A stretch of DNA of 64,000 nucleotides from Saprolegnia diclina VS20 (Eukaryota), in NCBI RefSeq assembly GCF_000281045.1, contig NW_008246075.1, forward strand, positions 777,344-841,343, given 5' to 3'. The notes below the pieces were generated by a model, which did not search any database, was not told the DNA's origin, and saw only the letters and a program-made list of their open reading frames with translations. Position 1 is the first letter of the stretch. The number at the start of each line of letters is the position of its first letter. Below are positions 12,667 through 24,052 of the stretch, in pieces. The translations under genes and the position numbers were made by a program.

Positions 12667-13339
12667 GCTCTGCGTGGTATCCCGTCTGCGTCAACCTTGT
12701 CCAATAAACCGCATAACATGAAGTTGGCTGATGCAGTCGTCACTTCGCTATACTGTCGACCTGCCAAGTCCATACCCGATACAATGGATGGAGCTACCGT
12801 GTCGTATGCGCCTTGCGTGCGTTGCCACGGATGTCGTCCTGGCCAAGCTCCATGGCCAGCTGCTGCCGCTCACGGCGGAATCTGTGCACCCGCATCTGAT
12901 CGGTGGAACGGTGGGCTGGCGAGGAGCTGCTGCGGCGAGGATGACTAGCCTTGGCCCAGCACCGCATCTACCAGCGACCATGACCATCCTTGCCGTTGTT
13001 CTGCCAATGCTGCAGCGACGACCACGCGGAAGCCGTCAGCGCATGCTGCTGCCGCTCGCCAAGATCGCATCTTCTGCCCATCATTACCATGCGAATAAGA
13101 TATGTGGTGCGTGTGAATAATTCATTTTAAGAGGTAGTGTTCGATTATGCGTTGTGGGGGTTCTGTGCCGGATTTTTATGTCATATTTTAAAATAATACA
13201 CAACGAGCGGCGTATTCTTCTTGAGGCAATTTTTATCGTACTTATAATTTGTATCACACGACATGAAATAAAATACACACGGTTTTTAATGCGTTAGTAT
13301 TTTTTTCAAACGAGTATTTAATTTTTCGGCCCCAAACCA

Positions 13340-13354
13340 GCCATTCCCAAATTC
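13340..13354 (+). promoter_or_regulatory. INR/FPR core promoter element of the RRM gene
   Basis: GCCATTCCCAAATTC just upstream of ATG 13368, preceded by an AT-rich tract (about 13100-13330). Confidence 0.6.
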
Positions 13355-13367
13355 GCATACGAGCAAG

Positions 13368-14913
13368 ATGGACGGCGTAGTGTACGAGCAAGACGACCAC
13401 CACCAGGAGCCCGAGCACCACCACGCCGACCATGGGCATGGCCATGGGCATGGCCACCATGATGGCGGCGACATGGGCGCCCACAAGCAAGCCTCGTACC
13501 ACAACGACGATCAGAGCGGCGGCTACTACGCGGACGCGGGCCACATGGGCGGGTACAACTCGGCGCCGCCGGCCGCGGCCCACCAGTCGACGGGCGCGGG
13601 CAAGATCTTTGTCGGTGGTGTGAGCTGGGAAACCACGGAAGACAACTTGCGTTCGCACTTTGGCAAGTACGGCGCGCTGACGGACGCGGCGCTCATGAAG
13701 GACAAGTACTCTGGCCAGCCGCGTGGCTTTGGCTTTGTGACGTTTGAGGACCCTTCTGGTAGCTATAGAGGCGAGGACGTAGGACGCTGATCGTCGTCGA
13801 TTGTAGTGATTGAGCGTGTACTGAGCGATACGCACACGTTGGACGGGCGCAACGTTGAAGTAAAGCGCGCCGTACCGCGCGACAGCCAAGGCGCGCGGCC
13901 GCAGGGCGGGTCGGCCGGCGGCTATAGGTTCGTCTCGATTAGATGCTCCTTGCTCGTAGTGATCACTGGTAGCGAAAGCTTTGTGCTTGAAAGGAGGCAG
14001 GAGAGTGCAGTAGCATCAAGCACAGGCAGATGTAACGAGGAGTCGATTTCCCCACATCTATGGTCTCTTGTCCACCGCACTCTCTTGCCGCCCTGCGCCA
14101 GCCCACTCGACGAGGTCTGTGAGCGTCCACTGACGTCTTGTGTGCTTGTGTAGCGACCGGTATGCGTCGGGCGGCCGCTCCACCGAGTCGAAGAAGATCT
14201 TTGTCGGTGGGCTGCCTCCGTCCGTCACCAACGACGACTTTCGCACGTACTTCGAAGACTATGGCAAGATCACGGACGCCATCGTCATGATGGACCGCGA
14301 CACGCAGCGGTCGCGCGGCTTTGGCTTTGTGAGCTTTGAAGAAGAAGGCGCGGTCGCCGAAGTCATCTCCAAGTCGCACGAGCTCCATGGCAAGGTCGTC
14401 GAGATCAAGCGCGCCGAGCCCAAGGGCGAGATGCGCGGCGGTCGCGGCGGCTACGACTCTGGCTACGGCGGCCGTGGCCGCGGCGGCTATGGTGGTCGTG
14501 GCGGCTACGGCGGTCGCGGCGGCGGTCGCGGTGGTGGCTACGGCGGTGGCTACGGCGGCGGTGGCGGCTACGGCGCTGCGGGCTACGGCGGCGGTTACGG
14601 TGCGGCGGGCTATGGCGGCGGCGGCTACGGCGGTGCTGCGGCTGCGGCGGGCTACGGTGGCTATGGTGGCTACGGCGGCTACGGTGGCTACGGCGCCGGC
14701 GGCTACGGCGGCTATGGTGCTGGCGGCTACGGCGGTTACCCGCCATACGATCCGTCGGGCGCACCGCCGGAGGGCGGCGATGCCGGCGGCGCCGAGGGTC
14801 AGCCGAGCTACGACGACCCGACCGGTGGGTACCCGCCGTCCGGCGGCTACGGCAGCTACCAACGTCAAGGCCAGCAAGGCGGCGGCAAGTCGGACCGCTA
14901 TCGCCCTTACTAA
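13368..14913 (+). CDS. hnRNP A1/Musashi/DAZAP1-like RNA-binding protein (2 RRM + Gly/Tyr-rich tail)
   Basis: RNP2 KIFVGG and RNP1 RGFGFVTF/RGFGFVSF each occur twice. RGG/GGY low-complexity tail and C-terminal RYRPY. Introns at about 13759-13806 and 13928-14153. Confidence 0.93.
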
Positions 14914-14964
14914 ACATGGACGCGGTTTTGCCCCCTTTTGTGCATTGTAATACTAACAAAACAA

Positions 14965-16802
14965 CTACAACGACTGCCCACGCGCACTCGTTTGTGTGAT
15001 ACGCTCCAGAAACGGGGCAAGCGCGGCCCAGAGCGCGTCTTGGACTGGCGCCGTCGCATCCGCTGACGTGCAGCGCGACGGCGTTGGCGTCGACAGCAAG
15101 CGCGTCACATGCGATGCCAACGAAGCCTCGTCGACGCAGTGAATGGGAGCGGCAATCGTCGCCAGCGTCGCGAGCACCGACGTGCAGTTGTCCATATGCG
15201 GGCCGTGCAGCACCGCGCACCTAATCTCACTACTGAGCCATAAGGGCAATAAGAAATCAGCGCACCCCGAGCGCAATGGCTCGAGCACGTTGTGGCCGCC
15301 GACGTCGACGAGCGATCCTACGCCAAGCGTCGGCTTCGAACGGGTATAGTACGTCGTACCACCGACAAAGGCGATGGGCGACACGTCAAAGTACAGCTGC
15401 GTTTCGCCCTAACCGAGTCTCAGTCCTATCACCTCGCCTTCCGTGTAAGGGTCGTACGATGACGTCGACAATAAAGACATCGGTGTCGGGCTTGGGAGTG
15501 CTGTCGGTGGCGCGCCGCTGGGTTCGCAGCGGCGTGGTCTAGCGCCAGACAATGAGCGACCTAGTTGTCGAGCTCGGTCTACCGTGTGGATGCCATCTTG
15601 AATCGCGTCGCAGCGGTGCGGATGCCGAGGAATGAGCAGGAGCAACGCGCCGGGATGCGCTCGCCGAATCTCCATGTGCGCGCGTACGCAAATGGCTTCT
15701 TCGCCGTCGTGCGTGCTCACGGCGACCCAGACGCAGCGACCTTGAAGCGCGTCCTCGAGACGTGCGCGTGCAGCTGCGTTGACTGCTTGCTTGGCCGAGA
15801 CTAGTCCGTAGGTTTGCAGCGAGACACGAGCCATCGTCAAGGACGTACGGAATTTCAAGTCGCCCACGTACTTGGCCGACGTGACGCCAAGGGCCTGGAA
15901 CCGGTAGAGGTCCTACGACGTCGACTCTGAGCTCGTCAGCCGTATCGCAGTGCAACCTCGGGGCTTTGGCACAGCGTGAGTGATGCGAACGGGGCGAGCA
16001 GGTGCTGCGCCAGCCGCCGCCCAAGCCACGAGTTCCATCGACCGAACGACGTGGCCGACATGCGCCCGTTGACCAAGCCCATGGGCATCTAGTACATTGC
16101 CTTGGAGGTGCGCATGGAAGACGTGAAGTACCTTGCGCTTGGCGGCCTCGAGGATCATATTGGGCCACAACTCCGACTCGACCCAAATCGCCGCGCTACG
16201 TCCCGCTGTTGACATCCGACGGAGCGCAGTAGTACGTACGTTGGCTGCCACGTCGAGAGAAAGGCTTGGACAAACGGAAGGTGGTCCAGCGGCGCAAAGA
16301 TGCAATGCGCATGCGGGTTCTACATGCTGGCTTCAAGCGCAGGCCACAGGATGAGAGAGCTACCGCACGAAGCCGCTCCTGAAGCAGCGCACGCGCGCTG
16401 GGCGTCGTCGTCGTCAAGAGCACGTCGAGGCGCTGTGTACCCGACGCCGTCCGTGCGCCATGCATGTGCGTCAGCGCGTGAATGAGCGGGAGCGCGCTCA
16501 AGCACTCGCCGACGGACGCCCCATGAATCCAAACAAGCCCGGAGCCGGTTGACGGAAACACGTCTAGCATGCTTCTTTCGTGCATGGCTCGCACAAATGG
16601 CGGCGTACCTGCGGTCGTTGTTGTCACGCCAAAGCGCTCGTTGGTCGCAGCCAGCGGGACGCGGCGGCGCAGGTCCTTGGACGCCACGAGCCACTGGACG
16701 AACGGTCGGCAGACGTGCCATAGCGCACGGTAGACCTTGACCTCGAGGATTTCCTACGCGGCGACGTGAGCCATGCGCGCAGCTCGCTGCACCGACCGCC
16801 AT
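14965..16802 (-). CDS. kdtA: 3-deoxy-D-manno-octulosonic acid (Kdo) transferase, GT30, multi-exon
   Basis: WIHGASVGE, LLTTTTPS, IWVESELWPNMI, GDLKF, VAVSTHDGEE, LIPRHPHR, AFVGG, GGHNVLEP and GPHMDN are the WaaA/KdtA motif series. The likely first exon is only ATGGCG (16797-16802), followed by a 43-nt intron. Confidence 0.92.
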
Positions 16803-17360
16803 GCCACCGAAATACGTAATAGTGGCATCTGCCATATTTAACAGCGCGCTCGTTCCGGAAGGCCATGGCGACGCTACGCGTGACAGCGAGCCAGACGGTG
16901 TCACAACGCATGCACGCACATCACGTTAACGCTGCTACCGCTTGACGTTCCGGCCTGCGTTGGTGGCAGGGCGACGACGGTCCAGTTGGACGCACCACAG
17001 TACAGCCGGTGCCGAACCTGACATTGCACGGCGAATGATAAACATCATTCACGAACAAGGTGTCGAGCTGGAGCACAGCCCTGTCGTTACGCTCATGGCC
17101 TGAGCTCGCGCCGGTGCACGCGTGGGACGCAGTGTGTGGCATGAGTGCGTGGTACTTCTCGGCAGTCTTATTTTCGGCACAAGATACGCGCGATGCGATT
17201 GGCTAGATCGTAGCGAATCAGGAACGGCGAAAATTCGAAAGATCGCAGCTGCCGCATCAGATAGGAGATCGAAGGCCTTATATTACGGGGGTATTGCCAG
17301 TGGGATGCATCATTGTCGTCTCTTCCCACGCATGGCATCATCGTGTGCGAGGGGCGGGAG

Positions 17361-18636
17361 CTACGGGATGCCGACGAACGGCGGGTTCTCGATGAGGTGC
17401 TTGACGAACGGCGCAAAGTACGGGCCGAGGCGGCTCTGCAACTCGGGTAGCTGCCAGTCGAGCGTCGTGATTTCGCGACGGCAGTTGGCGCTGCCGCAAT
17501 TGCACATAAAGTTGTCGCTTGGCTCGTCGTTGCACCCATCGTTGACCTACGCGAGGATGACGCACTGTGGCGACGACGACACAATGGCTACCATGCAGTA
17601 GTCGATCGTGATCTCGTCGCCCGGGTACACGTCGCGGATGGCAATGACCGTGACCGAGTCCTGCATGCCGCAAGTCGGGTCGCACGAGTGGTTGATGTAG
17701 TCGCTCGTCTCGATCTTGTCGCCGGTTTCCTACCACATCCCGTCATGCGATGCAGATGCGTTGGTCGCCGAGGTACCTTCCACGCCGGGATTTGCCACAA
17801 GTCCTTGTGCACTTGGAGTGACATCTCAAAGTCCCGCGCCGTCATTGCGCCCGACTCGAGAAACTGGTCCTTGTGAATGACCTTCCCGGAGAAGACGAGG
17901 ACGATCTCGCCGGCTTGGATCTTGCAATCGGCGTCTTCGCGGCAAAAGAGCCCCAGCGACGATTTGCTCTTGTGGCGCAGCTCCATGCGCGAGTCGTACC
18001 AACTATTGGAAGGTTGTATTACGCATCTCATGCTAGTGGCTACGCAGCAGGGTCGTCGAGCGCATACCTGTTTTCTGCGTGCTTCTTCATGATGAAATCG
18101 GTCACGTGGCCGTAGTTGGCCTTGATGAACGCCCGGCTTCGCCAATCGTCAAACTTGAGCGTGCCTCTGCACTTGTCGCTGCCGCACTGGCACGTCATGC
18201 CCGCATGAAGCGACGACTACATGCGATACATATAAGTCCATGACATCATGCGACAATGGCGTACCTCGGTTTCCGTGCACGCATAGTCGTAGCAGAGCTG
18301 CTCGCCCATCTTGACGGGTCGCCGCGTCACGATTTGGCCATCGCCTTCAAACCAGCAGTTGGGATCGCATGCGTGGTTGAAATACCACGTCGGGTCGCGT
18401 TCGGGCGCGAGCGTCGTTGCGAACGCGTCATCGCCGACCATGTACGAGAAGTTGACAAGCTTCTCTCGGTCGGCGTGCGCCATGATCTCGTGGCGCGTCC
18501 ACGTTTCGAGCGGCTCGGTGGCCTTGTCCCACGTCCAGACCGGCGTGTTGGCCGGGAGGTCGGCGGTCGCAAAGAGGCCCTTGCAGGCGAAGCCATAGAA
18601 CTGGAAGGCGCGGAGCTCAACGGTCTCGGGCAGCAT
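17361..18636 (-). CDS. Protein with two tandem SET + post-SET modules (putative lysine methyltransferase), multi-exon
   Basis: Module 1: KGLFA...YFNHACDPNC...GEQLCYDY...CQCGSDKCRG. Module 2: LGLF...YINHSCDPTC...GDEITIDY...CNCGSANCRR. Confidence 0.88.
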
Positions 18637-20060
18637 TTGCGGCGGGATGGCAAAATCAAATGTGAGCACCAAGATACATCGGTGGTCGCGCTACACTCGA
18701 TTCCAGTATCGGGCTGGCCCCGGCCACAACTTCAACGTCGTTTTGGACCTCAGATCTTAGAGGATATCACGGTCCGCCTGTATACCATACAAGCGCCGAA
18801 TCCCACCGCGAAACGTATCCGAAGGGCCGACATGGGCGCTTTGTATGCAGCGCCCTTCAGAAAAGTTGCCGGGAGGATCCCGGATCTTGAAGTGCGCAAT
18901 ATACGAATATCGAAAGCGCGCTGCAAGGGATGAGGAAGCACGACGCCCGTGCACGCTTCGATTCCACATCGATGCACTCGCATCTCGCCGCCGCCCCGAG
19001 AGACTGCGAGGAAGAACGTTAATCCTTCTTCTTCGACTTCCTTTTCCTCGCCCATGTCCGAGGACTGGGCTTCGATACCAGCTCGCGTCAATGTATATTG
19101 CGAAATCGAACAAACCTGCGGTTGTTCACATCTCAAGCCGACGAACCACTTGGTTTGCGCGCGCTTTCTGCAGCAGACGCTGGCGTTACAGCAGCGGTCC
19201 ACAGCCCTGACGTTACGTGGATTTTAGTTGCTCAAGGGACTCGTCTTAGTCGTCTTAGTCGTCGTTCTTGGCGTCCTTTGTCGATCGGCCGTACTATCAG
19301 CAGGATGAATGGGTGTTTGCCTGCGCCGATCGGAGCGTTCTCGCCATTTCGCGAGATGCGCGTTGACTGGCTCGCGCTCCAGATGGCCATCGCTTCTTCA
19401 AGTGCATGCGCAGCGCGTCGGCTGCCATTTAACGCGATTGCCGTTGAGTTTAAACGCGTCCTTGACCACGTCGAAATTTCACACCCCGCGCCAAAAAAGA
19501 CATGGGAAAGACAGCGCCGTGGCAAGCCGTCCCGAGCTTGGTTGCTGGTCCAATAATCCCAGTATTACACGAGCTGGACCACGCTGTGTGTTCGTCGTCG
19601 CTGGCTCTCTGAGTCCGAGGAAGCGCCCGGTTGTCACGACGGGAGCGTGACCACGCGTCCGCTCAAGGTCCACACAGTACTACGAGCAAGCAGTCCATCT
19701 TGATGCGTGTAGGGTCCATGAATGTCGGGCCATGTAAAAGCGTTGAGAAGGCTTCTACACTCGAGGGCCAATGGCGGTGCGTGTGTATCAAGCGCGGTAG
19801 GTACACGCAGGTACACGGACGCAGCCTCTACAACGCGGAAAAACGCGGTGCGTTTAACGCACGTTTTATGCACGTGGCGGAATTGCCCGGAAAAGGACCT
19901 TGGATTGGTAATGGGCGCAAATAATTTCACGGCCCATACAAATGGAAAGCTAATATAATAGGTGGCACTGTAGCTCTTGCGTTGGCCAATCAGAAGCGAG
20001 GTGGTCCATTGCAAATCCCGGAGGGTTTTTTGGCCATTTCAACAGAACCGACTCGTGAGC

Positions 20061-21929
20061 ATGAGTACCGAGGAGGCGAAGGGCCTCGTCGTCGCCATCA
20101 CGCACGTCGACTACACGCCTGCCGACCGGACGCAGTACGTCATCCGCGTCACGGACCACCAGATTCACGGCGTCGAGATGACCGTGCGCCGGCCCTACCA
20201 CGAGTTCCGCGAGCTCCGCGCTAAGATCTTGGCCATCATGAAGCCGTTGGCGATGGACTCGGCGAACGGCCGGTTCCTCGCCGCGATCGAAGCGCTCTCG
20301 TTCCCGTCCAAGCGCCTCTTTGGCTCGCGCACCGAGTCGGTCGTCAAGACGCGCGCCGAGGCGCTCGACAAGTGGCTCACCAAGGTCTTGCTCTGCACGC
20401 ACGAGTACCGAAAGGCGCAGAAGCGCAAGTCGACCCACGACTCGTCCTTCAACACGCAGGGCAGCGTGCTGGTGCTGGACGCGCTCAAGGAGTTTCTGAC
20501 GACCGACATTGAAGAGATCAACCGCGTGCCCGTGCCGATGGCGACAAGCGATGAGCCCAAGGTCGTGCCAATGCCCAAGCGGCACTCGATGCCGATGATG
20601 ACTCAGCGCGGTGGCAGCTCGAGCATCAACGACGAGAACGAGCGCCACACGGACAACCTCCCGGGCTACGCGCCAACGCTCTCGCCGCGGTCCCAGTGGA
20701 CCAAAGAAAAGTCCAACTCGGCCTCGTCCGTGGCCACGACGCGCCACGAGTCGTCGTCATCACTCGCCTCCAACTCGTCGCTCTCGTCATCGCTGCCGCC
20801 GCGTTCGATTCTCAAGTCGAACGAGCGTCCCGTGTCGAGCCGGCAAACCCGCGCCAAAACGCGGTTCGAGGACGCGCCCGAGCCGACGCCAACCAAGTCG
20901 AGCAACCGTCCCCGCAGCAGCAACCGGGTACGCACTCTAGCATTCTACTGCTCAAAAGGCTCATGCTGTCGGTTCTAGTCGAGCTTGTCTCGGTCGCGGG
21001 ACGTCAACTCGTCGTTTCTGAAAGATGCGCGGTATGCGTCAACAAAGCCGGTCGTCCTCAAGCGCGTCCCGTCCGGCAACGAAGCGCAGATCGTCGGCAA
21101 CGCCGAGACAGAGCTTCAGTCGCTTGGCCTCACGCGCGACTGCGCGCTCATGCTCCTCCGGTACCTCGACAAGTTTCTAGCCAAGGCAATGATCCGCCAG
21201 CCGGGGTGCTACCGTATCACGCCCGACAACTGGCTCGCGATTGACGCGGAGCGGCTCTGCCTCGAGCTCGAAGAGGCGTTCTTTGATCCGTCCGAGATGA
21301 CGCGTGTGCTCTTGGACGACGCGACGCACGAGTGGCGCATTCCGCCCAAGCTCGAGGGCTACATCCAGTTCAAGTGGACAATGGACAACCACAAGAAAGC
21401 GTCCGAAGACTCGGACGACTCGGACGACTCGGAAGTCGAGATCGTCTCGTTCCGGGGCAAGAAGAAGTCGCGCTTCTCCGAGCACGAGATTGACGAGATC
21501 GAGGCCATGATGAGCAACGGCAATGCGAGCCGTGAGCAAATGAAGCAGCTCCGTCGGCAGCTCCACGAAGAAAACTGGGAGCGCTACAGCCGCCCGGGCG
21601 AGAGCGCGGCGCGCGGCAATGCCCTCTCGGACGACGACGCGTCGGACGACGAAGACGTGGTGACGATCTCCAAAGCGCTGCCCGGGTCGGTCTCGGTCTC
21701 GGCGGCGGCCGCAGCGTTTGAAGACAGCGACAGCGACAGCGACAGTGGGCCGCAGCGTTTGAAGACAGCGACAGCGACAGCGACATTGGTGAGAACGAAG
21801 ATTTTGAAAGCTTCATCCAGCGCAAGAGCCAGAAGCTCACCGGCCGACTGCAAGGGCTCGTGTGAGCGTCGCGTCGACGTATGTGGTGTTTGGCTCGTGA
21901 GTGAAGACGCACTTATTTATGTGTACTAG
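20061..21929 (+). CDS. PX (Phox) domain protein with a Ser-rich and acidic C-terminal region
   Basis: TQYVIRV...VRRPYHEFRELRAKI...FPSKRLFGSRTESVVKTRAEALDKWL. Intron at about 20928-20978. The 3' end is ambiguous (21865 or 21929) because of a 41-bp duplication. Confidence 0.8.
21707..21788 (+). repeat. 41-bp tandem duplication (2 copies, 1 mismatch) inside the PX gene
   Basis: GGCCGCAGCGTTTGAAGACAGCGACAGCGACAGCGACA(G/T)TG at 21707 and 21748. Confidence 0.9.
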
Positions 21930-22286
21930 CAACCTCTTTCTCCTCTACTTTGTCTGCTCGTGGCTGTACCTAGCTTTAGCACAGAGCTGCACCAAGCTCA
22001 CCGAGCAGACAAAACAGTGGCGAGGGTGCATACAAAGGGATCCTGCCAGTCGACGACGAACTCGGCTGCCCTCGACGTGCCACGCCGGCTGGTGCTCAAA
22101 GTGCAAGTTGGTCGTTATGAGATCACGTCACATGGCTTGGCCGGGGCTCCATGTGGTGATGATGCAGCAGGACTCTTCAGCAACCGACGGGTCTGGACAG
22201 CAACGTCTACGCCAAGCGCCACCTCGGTCCTGCCTGCAGGATCGGAGCTAGATGGGAAAGGAATAAATTAATATATACACGGGTCG

Positions 22287-23334
22287 CTACGCGTCACTGC
22301 TCACGCTGGAAGCGTCGCTCGCACGCGCTGCGAGCTCCGCCTCGTATGCTTCGATGCAAAAGACCTTGGGCGGCGGCGCACGGAGGCGACAGCCGCAGAG
22401 AATGCAGAGGAGGCAGAGCGAGTGGAAGAACACGAGCTTGGACGCGCAGTTGACGCAGTGCTCGTTGCGCATGTAGCCGCGGTACCCGACGTACGCCACA
22501 AAGAGCGTCGCGATCTAAGCACCCGTCATTCGTACGCAAATGGCACTCGCTTCGATACCAGGAAGCCGCCGAGCGCAAAGTACCAATACGGCGACGGCGT
22601 GTACGCTGGACGCACCGACACCATGCGAATGCTCTCGGTAAATGTCGTCGGCAGCGCGGTCGACTCGATGGCGGTGACCGAGCACGCGTCGACGCCGACC
22701 CAAAACACCGCGCCGCTCGACGCGCTGTACTCGGTCACAACGAGCTCGAGCGTATACCCGACAAGGTACAGTCCCTTGGTGCGCTTTGGCCATTGGCACA
22801 CGACCTAGAAGTGGAGTTGACTCGAGAAACAGGAGAAGCATCCCTCCATACCAGCCCCGTGTCGGTGAGGTTGCGGCGGCGCGCAAAGACGTACTCCTTG
22901 CTAATGTCGTTGATGATGACCGACTGCTGGAGCAGCGTGAGCGGACAAGCGAGGTCCCATGTCTCGTCGTTCCTAGTCCCGCCATCGTCAACCCTCCACT
23001 CGGTCGTACATCCCACCCTGTAGGTGTCGGGTTGCTGCAGCATTGGAGGCAGTACGACCGGCCAGGTACGAGCTGGTTGGAGATGCCATAGTGCTGCGAC
23101 GTCCCATTGCCGTTCGAGCAGCCCGGAAGCCCGTAGCCTTGAAAGCACGACCCGATGAGCGCATCGGACGTGATTTTCACGCCCTTGACCCAAATCGCCC
23201 CAAACACTTGGTTGGTCGCCTACGCCTGTTCCTTCGCATCCGCGGCCGCGACGGGTTGCTACCTGTGGGTTGACGAGCTCCTGAGCGACAGCAGGAACGA
23301 GCCACAAGAGCGCCACGAGGGCGCTTTGCCGCAT
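22287..23334 (-). CDS. Uncharacterised signal-peptide, probably single-pass membrane protein with Cys-rich segments, multi-exon
   Basis: Signal peptide MRQSALVALLWLVPAVA, Cys-rich ectodomain, hydrophobic segment near 22480-22560, then CVNC...CLLCILCGC. Codon usage is host-like and introns are short. Confidence 0.7.
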
Positions 23335-24052
23335 TGTGGCTGCTGCGACCCGTTTCGCCGTTTCGCGCGGTACAGACCATCAACGCGCCAGAGACGCGCA
23401 AGGTACCCACCGCACCCACGACCGCCGACGCCCACCATTCACCTCGGGTAGGTTGACGCCCGTCGTTGCCATCGTGTCGATGCAGCCAGCACGCGATCAC
23501 GCCACGCCCTCATGGCCATGCACCGCGCATCTCGTCGTCAAGGGCTTTGCAGTTCTGGAGATAGCCGACTATATCGAGTCGATGTCATTTCTTATAGCAA
23601 ATCAACTTGCATTCAAATTGGCTCGGCGTTGGTGGCACGACCAACGCATCCGTGTGATCCAAGATGGCGTCGGAAATTCTTCCGCGGACGCCTTGGGAAA
23701 AAGAAGCAGTCGGAACGTGGCCGATCGTGAGCTGTCGAGTCAACAGGCAGCACAAGAACGTGCTCGGTGCGCGTGCTGTTGAGTAAACTATAAGCTCTGA
23801 GAGACTGCGATCTTGAAGTGGCCGAAAGATCGGCCGCTTTGGCTTGTGATTGAGCAAGTAGTTCAACTTGACCACGTGACGACGGCCTGTTCGGATCCAT
23901 GAGCTTCGATGATTGGCTCCTTCAAAAGCGCAGCGATTTGATTGGCAGATGGAATTGGGGCCGTTGACATATCAATTGTCAGAGGTTGCCAACGCAGTGT
24001 CGAGTTGGCTCGGCGTCATTTGCCATCTTCCCGTCCGACGCCCAGAACAACC

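Noticed and set aside
12690..13120. Coding-like patches here and at 18750-19950, 58000-59100 and 62480-62830
   Set aside because: Short ORFs in several frames with no recognisable motifs. They may be decayed genes, but this cannot be supported without a homology search.
14440..14740. GGCTAC/GGCGGC repetitive DNA
   Set aside because: Fully explained by the Gly/Tyr-rich coding tail of the RRM protein.
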